Shown here: positions 38,375-46,743 of the stretch, in pieces
Layout: each line of letters begins with the position of its first letter
Numbering within the stretch: the stretch's first letter is position 1
Assembly (NCBI GenBank): GCA_040386535.1
Contig: JAZKFH010000013.1
Span: 416,928 to 480,927, forward strand
Source of the DNA: Myxococcota bacterium
GTDB lineage: Bacteria > Myxococcota_A > UBA796 > SXON01
Direction: 5' to 3'
Length of the DNA stretch: 64,000 nucleotides
The notes under the pieces: generated by a model
What the model was told of the DNA's origin: nothing
What the model saw: only the letters and a program-made list of their open reading frames with translations
Databases searched by the model: none
Program-made: the position numbers and the translations under genes

Positions 38375-40192
38375 GTGGAGGGCGCCGTCCAGGTCGACGC
38401 GGAGCGGATCGAGTGGGCCGGTGGCGTGGCGGTGGCCGAGGGCGCGGTCGAGGTGCGCTTCGGCGACGAGGTGCTCCGAGGCGCGCGCGCGACGTGGGAC
38501 GGCACGACGCTCGTGGTCGAGGACGGCGTATACCGGCGCCCCGACGGCGAGCTCGCGTTCGATCGCGCGGAGGTGCACCCCGCCGTCGGCACCGCCGTCC
38601 TGGTGGATTCGCGCGTGGAGACCGGCGGGGCGCAGATCACCGCCGATCGCGTGGAGGTGGGCGAGGGGCGCTGGACCGCCTCGGGCGCCACGGTCCTGCC
38701 GTGCCGGTGCACGGACGGCGCGCCGCCGGCCCTGAGCTTCCGGGCGAAGCGGGTGACGGTCATCCCGGACCGGGTGGTCATCGTGCACGGCGGCGTGGTG
38801 CGGATCTTCGACGTGCCGCTCCTCCCGGTGCCGTACTGGCGCGTGCCGCTCGACCCCCACCGGTTCCGGATCCTCGTCCCGGAGGTGGGGTGGGGCACGT
38901 TCGGCCCGAGCGCGCTGGTGGAGGGGCGCGGAGGCGTGGGCGACTGGATGTTCCAGGGCGGGCCCGCGTGGCGGATGGACCGGGGCGCGCGTGGCGAGCT
39001 CGGCATCACCGGCCCGGGAATGTCGGCGCGCGGCACACTTGGGTGGGACGCGCTAACGGAGACGGTGCGGGGCGCTGGGGTGACCCGCGGCGGGGTCGAC
39101 CGGGCCGCGCGCGCCGCATGGGACGCGGCCTGGGTGTCGGATGCCGCCTACCTCGCCGACTACGCCGTGGACTACGTGTCCCGCGGGGCGCGGTGGCGCG
39201 ACAGCCGCGCGGTCCTGGGCGTGGGGCCCTCCACGTTCGACGTGTGGCTCCCCGACGACGGCAGCGCCGGTACGTTGGCGCGGGAGCGCGTGTCCTGGGA
39301 GCTCGGACGCGGCCGCTCCGCGTCGGTCACCCCCCGCGTCGGGATCGCGGCGGTCGGCACGCTCGCGGAGGTGGCGCCGCTCGGGGAGGTTGGCGTCGGG
39401 GCGCGGGCGACGGGCGGGTTGAGGACCGCGAGCGGCACCGATTGGCTCGCGGCCGAGGTGCGGGCGGACGTGGCGGGGCGGGGGTTGTGGGCGGAGGACG
39501 GGTTCGACGCGGGGGCCGCGCCGCGGGTGGGCGCCGCCGACGGGTGGGGCGACGCGCTGGCCTCCGCGCCGCTGGGGCGGTGGGGCGCCGGCGGCACCGG
39601 CCTCGGCGGCGTGGTCGCCACGGACGTGGCGGTGCCGCTCTGGTCGTCGCTCGGTGAGTCGCGGACGCAGTGGTGGCCGGGCGTGCGGGCCGAGGCGCGC
39701 GCGGGGTGGGCACCGGGCGACATCGTCGACGCTGGCGTACGCGCAGGGCCGGCGCTCCGCGCCACCACGTCGTTCGCGCAAGGCGGGATCGGCCTCGACG
39801 CGGCCGTGCTCCAGGACGGCAGCGGCTGGAGGCCCGCGGCGGCGGTGGACGTGTCCCTCGAGGCCCTCGCGCTGCGGATCCAGGCCGAGCCGGACGTGCA
39901 GGCGGGGGAGGTGCGGTGGATGCCCGGCCCCGTCACCCTCGCCGTCGGCAGCACCCACGCCGTCACCGCGTACACGGGCACCCTCTGGCTCGGGTGGAGC
40001 GACGCCGCGCTGGCCCTCGGCCGGCTCCGCGCGGGGGGCGGGCTCGCCTGGGATCTCGCCGGCGGCGCCTACTCCGGCGCGGACGCGCGCCTCGGGTACG
40101 ACGACGGCTGCACCGCCGCGATGGTCACCGCCCGCTTCGCGCCCGACCGGGACCTGCCCGACTTCGGGTTCGCGGCGACGTTCCGGCGCTGA
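38375..40192 (+). CDS. Divergent LptD-like LPS-assembly outer membrane protein
   Basis: OstA-like start VDAERIEW...AEGAVEV; LPCRC...PPALSFRA; VPLLPVPYW; C-terminal GYDDGC and F-rich end; located after accD-folC. No visible signal peptide. Confidence 0.6.
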   Translation: MEGAVQVDAERIEWAGGVAVAEGAVEVRFGDEVLRGARATWDGTTLVVEDGVYRRPDGELAFDRAEVHPAVGTAVLVDSRVETGGAQITADRVEVGEGRWTASGATVLPCRCTDGAPPALSFRAKRVTVIPDRVVIVHGGVVRIFDVPLLPVPYWRVPLDPHRFRILVPEVGWGTFGPSALVEGRGGVGDWMFQGGPAWRMDRGARGELGITGPGMSARGTLGWDALTETVRGAGVTRGGVDRAARAAWDAAWVSDAAYLADYAVDYVSRGARWRDSRAVLGVGPSTFDVWLPDDGSAGTLARERVSWELGRGRSASVTPRVGIAAVGTLAEVAPLGEVGVGARATGGLRTASGTDWLAAEVRADVAGRGLWAEDGFDAGAAPRVGAADGWGDALASAPLGRWGAGGTGLGGVVATDVAVPLWSSLGESRTQWWPGVRAEARAGWAPGDIVDAGVRAGPALRATTSFAQGGIGLDAAVLQDGSGWRPAAAVDVSLEALALRIQAEPDVQAGEVRWMPGPVTLAVGSTHAVTAYTGTLWLGWSDAALALGRLRAGGGLAWDLAGGAYSGADARLGYDDGCTAAMVTARFAPDRDLPDFGFAATFRR

Positions 40193-40210
40193 TCTCGCGC
40201 TGACGCCGGC

Positions 40211-41506
40211 TTAGGAGTCGAGGTCGACGAACACCGGAACTTGCGACGCCCCCGACGCCACGTTCGCCAGGGGCCCGTCCGCGAGCCGGCACAAGAAGCC
40301 GGCGAGGCGGCCGCGGGCAAGGAACGGGCCGAGGTCGACCAGGCGCTCCTGGCGTTCGGCCGCGCGCACGTCGTAAAAGGCGCCGCGCTCTTCGGGGATG
40401 CGACGCTGGAGCACGTGGCGGCTCGCGCGCTCCACGGCTCGGCTCCACTGGGCCGACGTCGCGGTCCACCCGAGCACCACGCCCTGGCCGCCGTGCCCGT
40501 CGAGCGGCTTTAGCGCCCACGCCTCGGGCTCGCGGAGGGCGGCCTCGCGCAGCTCGTCGCCGCCGCGGTCGAGCAGAGCGCCGGTCCAGGGGATGTGGCG
40601 GCGCACGAAGAGGCGATCGGCCTCGGGCAGGGGGAACGCCGGGTCGTGGAGGAGCGCGAACAGGCCTTTTCCGTGGAGCAGCGCCGTCCGGAGCGAGTTG
40701 ACCATGCACACGCGGCCCGCGTGGTAGGCGGCGAGCAGGGCGGCGGCCTCGTCGGGCGCGGCGCGGAGATCGGCGACGAGGATGCGTCGGAACACGACGT
40801 CGATGCGCAGATCGCCCGCGGTGAGGGCCTCGCCGTCGAAGCGCAGATCGGCCGGGGCGACGATCTCCGCGACCAGGCCCGCGGCCCGGAAGCGCGCGCG
40901 GATGAGGGCGAACTCGGGGGCGGTGGGGACGCCGGGGCGGTCTACGATCGCGATGGTGAGCCGGCGGTGGCGGTGGCCCCACTCGCGCGCGATGTCGCGC
41001 ACGGTGCGGACGAGCGCGCCGCACACGTCGAACGCGCGGAGCGATCCCGTCGGGACGTAGGCGGGATCGGCCAGGAAGACGCCGGAGAGGGCGTCCGCGT
41101 AGCCCATGCCGGCCGGGCTCTCCGCGTTGAGCTCGACGAACCAGGGGTTCCCGTCCGCGCAGAAGGCGTCGACCCGCGCGAGCGGCGCCGCGCTCTGGAA
41201 CCCGGGATCGACGCGCGCCCACGCGATCGACTGCGCGTCGATCCCGATGCGGGCGGCGAGCGACTCGTGCTCGCGATCGAGGTCGTGGAGGAGCGCGGTG
41301 CGCACGTGCCGGACGATGCGGTGGAAGCGCGGCAGGATGCGCGCCCAGCGCCGGAGCGCGGCGCGATCGACGAACATCGGCGTGCGGTGCACACACACGG
41401 GGCCGCCCCCGTAGCGGGCTCCGGCGGCCGACACGCGGGCCAGGAAGTCCTCGGCGGCGAGCGGCGCGGCGATGGCGGCCCGCTCCCACCGTGCGGAGGC
41501 GAGCAT
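40211..41506 (-). CDS. Circularly permuted ATP-grasp / glutathionylspermidine-synthase-like ligase
   Basis: RVDAF...FVELNAESPAGMGY; IDVVFRR; KGLFALL; IPWT; LKPLDGHGGQGVVLG; VLQRRI; ANVASG. Confidence 0.8.
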   Translation of the reverse strand: MLASARWERAAIAAPLAAEDFLARVSAAGARYGGGPVCVHRTPMFVDRAALRRWARILPRFHRIVRHVRTALLHDLDREHESLAARIGIDAQSIAWARVDPGFQSAAPLARVDAFCADGNPWFVELNAESPAGMGYADALSGVFLADPAYVPTGSLRAFDVCGALVRTVRDIAREWGHRHRRLTIAIVDRPGVPTAPEFALIRARFRAAGLVAEIVAPADLRFDGEALTAGDLRIDVVFRRILVADLRAAPDEAAALLAAYHAGRVCMVNSLRTALLHGKGLFALLHDPAFPLPEADRLFVRRHIPWTGALLDRGGDELREAALREPEAWALKPLDGHGGQGVVLGWTATSAQWSRAVERASRHVLQRRIPEERGAFYDVRAAERQERLVDLGPFLARGRLAGFLCRLADGPLANVASGASQVPVFVDLDS

Positions 41507-41605
41507 GGCGCCATGTAGCGCGTTCGGCCTCGCGTCAGCACGTGGCGCGCGGGCCTCGCGTCGCGTACGTGCGCACGGCCCGCTTCAAACCGGCGCGGAG
41601 GGTTC

Positions 41606-42598
41606 GTGGAGAGTCTGCTCGGGAACGAAGGGGTGCGGGCCCGCCTGTGGCGCGCGGCGGACGAGGGCCGTATGCACCATTGTTACCTCTTCGAGGGGCC
41701 CGAAGGCGTCGGCAAGGCGATGACGGCGATGCGGCTCGCCCTCACGGTGAATTGCCTCGGAGACAGCCCGCCGTGCGGCACCTGCTCCAGCTGCCGCCAG
41801 ATCCTCGCGGGCACACATCCCGACGTTGTCGTGGTCGTGCCCGACCCGGACCGCGCCACGCGCGTCATCACCGCGGACCAGGCGCGCGGGGTCATCGCCT
41901 CGCTCCAGCTCCAGCGGCACTCCGCCCGCCGCCGCGTCGTGATCATCGACCCCGCCGACGCGCTGACGGAGGAGGCCGCGAACGCGATGCTCAAGACCTT
42001 CGAGGAGCCGCCCGCCGGCACGCAGTTCATCCTCGTGACCGCGCGCGCCGCCTCGTTGCTCCCGACCGTGCGGAGCCGGAGCCAGCGCGTGCGTTTCGGG
42101 CCCGTGCCGCGTGTGCAGCTGGAGGAATGGCTCCACGGGCGGGGCCTCGATCCGGCGCTCGCCGTGCTCTCCGCGGGGAGCCCCGGCTACGCGATCCGGC
42201 TCGGCGCGGGCGAGGCCCAGGAGCGCCGCGAGGTCGTCGCGCAGCTGCTCGCCACCGTGGGGCAGCCCCTGCACCAGCTCTTCTCGTTCACCGAGGCCGC
42301 CGGGAAGAAGTCGGACGGCTCCGTGGAGCGCACCACCCTGGTGGTCGACGCCCTCGAGGAGCTCCTCCGCGACGCCGTGTTCGTCGCCTCCGGGCGCGAG
42401 GACGCCGTGCTCCACCCCGACCACGTCGGCGCGCTCTCCGTGTGGGCGACCGCGCTCCATCCCGGCGGCATCGCGCGCATGGAGAAGGCGATCGCCGCGG
42501 CGCGGGACCGCCTGCGCCTCAACGTGAACGGGCGCGTGGTGCTCGAAGCGCTGCTGACCGGGCTGAACCTGGAGCTGTCGCAGGCGCGGAGGGGATAG
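41606..42598 (+). CDS. holB: DNA polymerase III delta' subunit
   Basis: HHCYLFEGPEGVGK, Zn motif C..PCGTCSSC, HPD, AANAMLKTFEEPP, LLPTVRSR. Confidence 0.93.
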   Translation: MESLLGNEGVRARLWRAADEGRMHHCYLFEGPEGVGKAMTAMRLALTVNCLGDSPPCGTCSSCRQILAGTHPDVVVVVPDPDRATRVITADQARGVIASLQLQRHSARRRVVIIDPADALTEEAANAMLKTFEEPPAGTQFILVTARAASLLPTVRSRSQRVRFGPVPRVQLEEWLHGRGLDPALAVLSAGSPGYAIRLGAGEAQERREVVAQLLATVGQPLHQLFSFTEAAGKKSDGSVERTTLVVDALEELLRDAVFVASGREDAVLHPDHVGALSVWATALHPGGIARMEKAIAAARDRLRLNVNGRVVLEALLTGLNLELSQARRG

Positions 42599-42602
42599 AC
42601 GA

Positions 42603-42785
42603 GGGGGGTTCCCTGGGAGCGTTCGGGAGAAATGCTCCCGTCGTCCGCTCGTGTCTGCTGGCCGCGGCCGCGCGTCTTCCTCGGTCACAGGTCTCGACCT
42701 GCTCCCTCGTCAGCCACGCAGCCGCGTCTCAGCAGCCACTTCGCAGACTCGGTCCGCATTTCCCCGAACGCTCCGAGAGCCCCCG
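42603..42785. mobile_element. MITE-like / long inverted-repeat-bounded intergenic element (about 160-180 bp)
   Basis: Left GGAGCGTTCGGGAGAAATGC (42616-42635) is the reverse complement of right GCATTTCCCCGAACGCTCC (42756-42774) except for 1 nt; internal hairpin CAGGTC-TC-GACCTG (42688-42701); no transposase. Confidence 0.55.
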
Positions 42786-42787
42786 CC

Positions 42788-43570
42788 ATGTTGATCGACT
42801 CCCACTGCCACCTCGATCCCACCGTCTTCGGCGGCGACGCCGGGGTGGACGACGCCATCGCCCGCGCCCGCGCCGCCGGGGTGGATCGCATGATCACCAT
42901 CGGCTCGGGCTACGGCTTCGAGAGCGCCGGGCGCGCGCTCGCCGTGGCGCGGCGTCACCCGGACGTGCTCCGGGCCACGGTCGGGCTCCACCCGCACGAC
43001 GCGAAGCTCGCCAGCGAGGAGACCCTCGCCGAGCTCTACGCCATGGCGGACGCCCCCGAGGTCGTCGCGCTGGGCGAGATGGGGCTGGACTTCCACTACG
43101 ACAGCTCCCCGCGCGAAGAGCAGCGCACCGTGTTCCGCGCCCAGCTCCGCGCCGCGCGCGAGCGGCAGCTCCCGGTCATCATCCACGACCGCGACAGCGC
43201 GGGGGAGACCCTCGCCATCCTCGACGACGAGGGCGCCTGGGCGGGCGGCGTGCTCTACCACTGCTACACCGGCGACGTCGCGGCGATGGAGGCCATCGTG
43301 TCGCGCGGCGGGTACATCTCCATCCCCGGAATCGTCACCTTCAAGAACGGCGACATCATGCGGGACGTGGCAGCGAAGGTGCCCGCCGACCGGCTTCTGC
43401 TCGAGACGGACAGCCCGTTCCTCACGCCCATCCCGTTCCGCGGCCGCCGCAATGAGCCCGCCTACGTGGCCTACGTGGCGCAGAAGGTCGCGGAGGTGCG
43501 CGGCGCCGACGTGGCCGAGCTCTCAGAGCAGGCGGCGGCGAACACGCGGCGGTTCTTCCGCTGGGAGTAG
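42788..43570 (+). CDS. tatD: TatD-family deoxyribonuclease
   Basis: IDSHCHL, GLHPH, GEMGLD, IIHDR, HCY, LETDSPFL, NEP. Confidence 0.95.
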   Translation: MLIDSHCHLDPTVFGGDAGVDDAIARARAAGVDRMITIGSGYGFESAGRALAVARRHPDVLRATVGLHPHDAKLASEETLAELYAMADAPEVVALGEMGLDFHYDSSPREEQRTVFRAQLRAARERQLPVIIHDRDSAGETLAILDDEGAWAGGVLYHCYTGDVAAMEAIVSRGGYISIPGIVTFKNGDIMRDVAAKVPADRLLLETDSPFLTPIPFRGRRNEPAYVAYVAQKVAEVRGADVAELSEQAAANTRRFFRWE

Positions 43571-43609
43571 GGGAGGGGAGAGCGCCGGCTCGCGCGGGCC
43601 CCCGCGTAC

Positions 43610-43643
43610 AAAAACACGTCGAGGGAGCCGATCGGGCTCCCTC
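43610..43643 (-). terminator. Intrinsic terminator after the small basic protein (possibly bidirectional)
   Basis: Stem GAGGGAGCC/GGCTCCCTC (43621-43643) followed by a T-run at 43614-43610 on the minus strand. Confidence 0.6.
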
Positions 43644-43692
43644 TTCGTGGGTCCATCAGGAATGCATCGACGCGACCGAGGCCGCGCGAGGC

Positions 43693-43854
43693 TTAGTCCT
43701 GCGACTTGGCCGCGGCGTTCGCGTCCGCCTCGGGGGTGTGGAGCGGGAACACGGGCGTGGTGCCCTTGTTCTCGCGGGCGCGGCGCGCCTTGACGCCCGC
43801 GTTCTTCTTGCGGAGCTTGCGGCGGTACTCGGTCTGGGCGGTTGCGGAGGCCAT
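43693..43854 (-). CDS. Small basic protein (53 aa), not in ORF track
   Basis: Manual translation MASATAQTEYRRKLRKKNAGVKARRARENKGTTPVFPLHTPEADANAAAKSQD-TAA; almost all third codon positions G/C; own promoter and terminator. Confidence 0.8.
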   Translation of the reverse strand: MASATAQTEYRRKLRKKNAGVKARRARENKGTTPVFPLHTPEADANAAAKSQD

Positions 43855-43881
43855 GGTTTCACCAGGAAAAGAGGGTGGCGC

Positions 43882-43910
43882 CTGTTATGGCGCGGCGGCG
43901 GTGCCGTCAA
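43882..43910 (-). promoter_or_regulatory. Sigma70-type promoter of the small basic protein
   Basis: TTGACG (43910-43905), 17-nt spacer, TAACAG (43887-43882). Confidence 0.55.
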
Positions 43911-43947
43911 TGATTGCCTCGCGGAGCGCCGAGGTGTACAACGGCGC

Positions 43948-44745
43948 GTGCGCAATCATCTGGCCTTGATCCTGCTTCTGTCTCCGATGGTGTCCGCCGG
44001 TTGCAACCGCCTGGACGCGGTGAGCAACCTCGCCGATCCCGTGGTTGCGCAGGGGTTGTTCCTCGGGCTCGACGTGCCCGCCGCCTACGTGGACGATCTG
44101 GCGGGCACCGACGAGTTCCAGTACGCCGCGCTCTGCAACGTGTTCCTGGCCTACGTGGCGGATCCCTCCGAGCTCGCGAACGCGCCGGTGGAGGGGGCGG
44201 TGCTCACGTTCCGCTCGCCCACCAACGGCCTGTTGACGTTCCGCGAGTCCGTGGACGACGAGGGGCAGGTGGTCCCCGGAAAGTACGAGCTCGACTCGTC
44301 GGACGGCCTCGTCTACGAGGTCGGGGAGACCCCCACCATCTCCTTCACGATCGACGGGGCGGAGGCGCGGCTAGACGTGCTCGCCCCCGCCGCGCCCGAG
44401 GTCGAGCTTCCCGGCAGCTTCCAACGGGAGAACCCGCTGCACGTCGATCTGTCCGACTACGGCTACCAGAACGCCGTGGCCGCGGCCTACGACATCGATC
44501 GTGGCAAGATGACGTGGGACAACCTCCCGACCGCGGTCGACGAGGTGTACACGTTCACCCACACCGAGGCGCCCATCGAGATCCTCGAGATCCCGGCGGA
44601 GGCCTTCCTGCGGAAGAGCACCTATGTCGTCGGCATCGCCGGCATGGAGGTGGCCGATCCGCTCTCCTTCGAGGGCGTGAACACGTCGGTCTCGGCGTTC
44701 CTGGCCGGCCAGCTGTCGGTGGGGCTCGTGGTCGTCACGGAGTAG
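43948..44745 (+). CDS. Hypothetical lipoprotein
   Basis: GTG start, MRNHLALILLLSPMVSAG-C lipobox; acidic beta-rich body; typical codon usage. Confidence 0.72.
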   Translation: MRNHLALILLLSPMVSAGCNRLDAVSNLADPVVAQGLFLGLDVPAAYVDDLAGTDEFQYAALCNVFLAYVADPSELANAPVEGAVLTFRSPTNGLLTFRESVDDEGQVVPGKYELDSSDGLVYEVGETPTISFTIDGAEARLDVLAPAAPEVELPGSFQRENPLHVDLSDYGYQNAVAAAYDIDRGKMTWDNLPTAVDEVYTFTHTEAPIEILEIPAEAFLRKSTYVVGIAGMEVADPLSFEGVNTSVSAFLAGQLSVGLVVVTE

Positions 44746-44757
44746 AGCCCCGAGCCG

Positions 44758-46566
44758 CTACTCGATCGTGATCGACCCGGGGATCATCGCCACCGCGCCG
44801 TCCGCGAGCATGCGCTCCAGCGAGAAGAGCTGCCCGTAGGCCTCCGCCACGCCGGGCACGAGCACCTCAGCGGGCACGAGCATCTGCGGGGCCGAGGCCT
44901 TCTGCAGGTCCTCGACGATCTGCTCCACGAAGGTGCGGCGCTTGGGGAGTCGCAGCAGGCTCACGTCCTCCCCCTCGGGGATCTCCGCGAGGGTGCGGGC
45001 GCGGGCGATGGCGACGTCGAGGCCGCCGAGCTCGTCGACCAGCCCACGCTCCTTGGCCTGCACGCCGGTCCACACGCGCCCCTGGGCGACCTCGTGCACC
45101 TGCTCACGGGTCATCTTGCGGCCGTCCGCCACGCGGGTGAGGAACACCTGGTAGAAGCCCTCGAGGAACTCGCGGAACTTGGCACGTTCGAGCTCGGAGA
45201 AGTCGCTCGTGGGGGAGAGCAGGCCGGCGAGCTGGCCGCGCTGGTAGGTGTGCATCGTGATGCCGAGCTTCTCGTAAAGCCCCGCGAGGTTCATCTTGCC
45301 GCCGAACACGCCGATGCTGCCGGTGAGCGTGCCGGGCTCGGCCACGATCGAGTCGGCCGCGGCGGCGATGTAGTACCCGCCGCTCGCCGCGTAGTCGCCC
45401 ATGGAGACGACGACCGGCTTGCCCGCGTCGCGCACGCGCTTGATGTCGTGCCACATCGCGTCGGAGGCGAGGCCGCTGCCGCCCGGAGAGTTCACGCGCA
45501 GCACGACGGCGACAACGTCGTCATCCTTGCGCACGGTCTCGAGCATCTCGGAGATCGTACGGTCACCCACCATGCTGCCGCCGAACACGGGGCTCCCCGA
45601 TTCGCCGCTGATGATCTGGCCCTCGGCGTGCACGATGGCGATGGTCTTCCCCACGGCGAGGGGGGAGGTGGGCTCGTGGTAGTCCCCGAGCTCCGTGCGC
45701 TCCTCGCCGGCCATCTCCTCGCGCACCTGGTCCCGGTACTTCAGGCCGTCCACGAGGCCGACCGCGAGGGCCGCGTCCGGCGTGATCGGCGGGTTGTCGA
45801 CCAGGGCACGCACCTGTTCCGGCGTCATGCCGCGGCCGGCGGCGATGCCGTCCGTCAGCTGGGCGTAGAGGCTGTCGAGCATCGACTCGGTCGCGATGGA
45901 TGCGGCCTCGGAGGGGCCCGTTCGCTGGAAGGGTTCGATGGCGCTCTTGAAGTCGCCCACGTGCTCGAAGTTCGAGCGCACGCCGAGCTTCTCGAGGGTG
46001 CCCGCGAAGTACTCCGTCGTGACGGAGAAGCCGTTGAGAAGGATGAGCCCGGCCGGCGCCATGTACACGTTGTCGCACGCGCTCGCGAGGTAGTACGCCT
46101 TGTTGTCGAAGGTCTCGCCGTACGCGTAGCAGGGCTTTCCGGACGCGGTGAACGCCGCGATCGCGTCGTGCATCTCCTGCGTGGCGCCCCAGCCCGTCGA
46201 GACCGCGCCCACCTCGAGGTACAGGCCCTTGATGCGGGGATCCCCGGCGGCGCGCCGGATGTCCGCGGCCACCTCGGTCACGAGCGGCGGGAAGTCGGCG
46301 GGATCCATGACGAAGCCACCTTCGCCCGGCGCGTCCGACAGGTTTCCGGAGAGCTCGACCTCGAGGAAGCTGTCGTCGGTGACGCCACCGCCGCTGAACC
46401 CCTCCTTCGCGAAGAACACGACGCCCGCGGTGGCGGCGGCCAGGGTCACGAGGCCCATGACGCTGATGCCGATGAGCAGGCGCGCGCCGCGACCGGATCG
46501 ACGGGGACGCGGGGCCGGAGGGACCGGTGCGGCTCCGGAGCCGGTCGTGTCGGTCGTGTCGTTCAT
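44758..46566 (-). CDS. sppA: Signal peptide peptidase SppA (67K type)
   Basis: N-terminal TM; YYLASA; GDFKSAIEPF; LRVNSPGGS; SMGDYAASGGYY; TGSIGV; AQGRVWTG. Confidence 0.95.
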   Translation of the reverse strand: MNDTTDTTGSGAAPVPPAPRPRRSGRGARLLIGISVMGLVTLAAATAGVVFFAKEGFSGGGVTDDSFLEVELSGNLSDAPGEGGFVMDPADFPPLVTEVAADIRRAAGDPRIKGLYLEVGAVSTGWGATQEMHDAIAAFTASGKPCYAYGETFDNKAYYLASACDNVYMAPAGLILLNGFSVTTEYFAGTLEKLGVRSNFEHVGDFKSAIEPFQRTGPSEAASIATESMLDSLYAQLTDGIAAGRGMTPEQVRALVDNPPITPDAALAVGLVDGLKYRDQVREEMAGEERTELGDYHEPTSPLAVGKTIAIVHAEGQIISGESGSPVFGGSMVGDRTISEMLETVRKDDDVVAVVLRVNSPGGSGLASDAMWHDIKRVRDAGKPVVVSMGDYAASGGYYIAAAADSIVAEPGTLTGSIGVFGGKMNLAGLYEKLGITMHTYQRGQLAGLLSPTSDFSELERAKFREFLEGFYQVFLTRVADGRKMTREQVHEVAQGRVWTGVQAKERGLVDELGGLDVAIARARTLAEIPEGEDVSLLRLPKRRTFVEQIVEDLQKASAPQMLVPAEVLVPGVAEAYGQLFSLERMLADGAVAMIPGSITIE

Positions 46567-46743
46567 GGGGAGTGCTCCAGTGGATTTGTCGAGGGCGCCT
46601 ATCACGTCGCGACGGTGCCGATCCGGCGCCGCCCGTCATGGTCCGTAAGCCCGAGCCCGGGCGCTTCGCCCGCCGCTTAGACGAGCAAGAGTCTCGACAC
46701 CGATCGCCTCATCGTCAGCCACGTTGTGTCGCGGTGCGATCGA

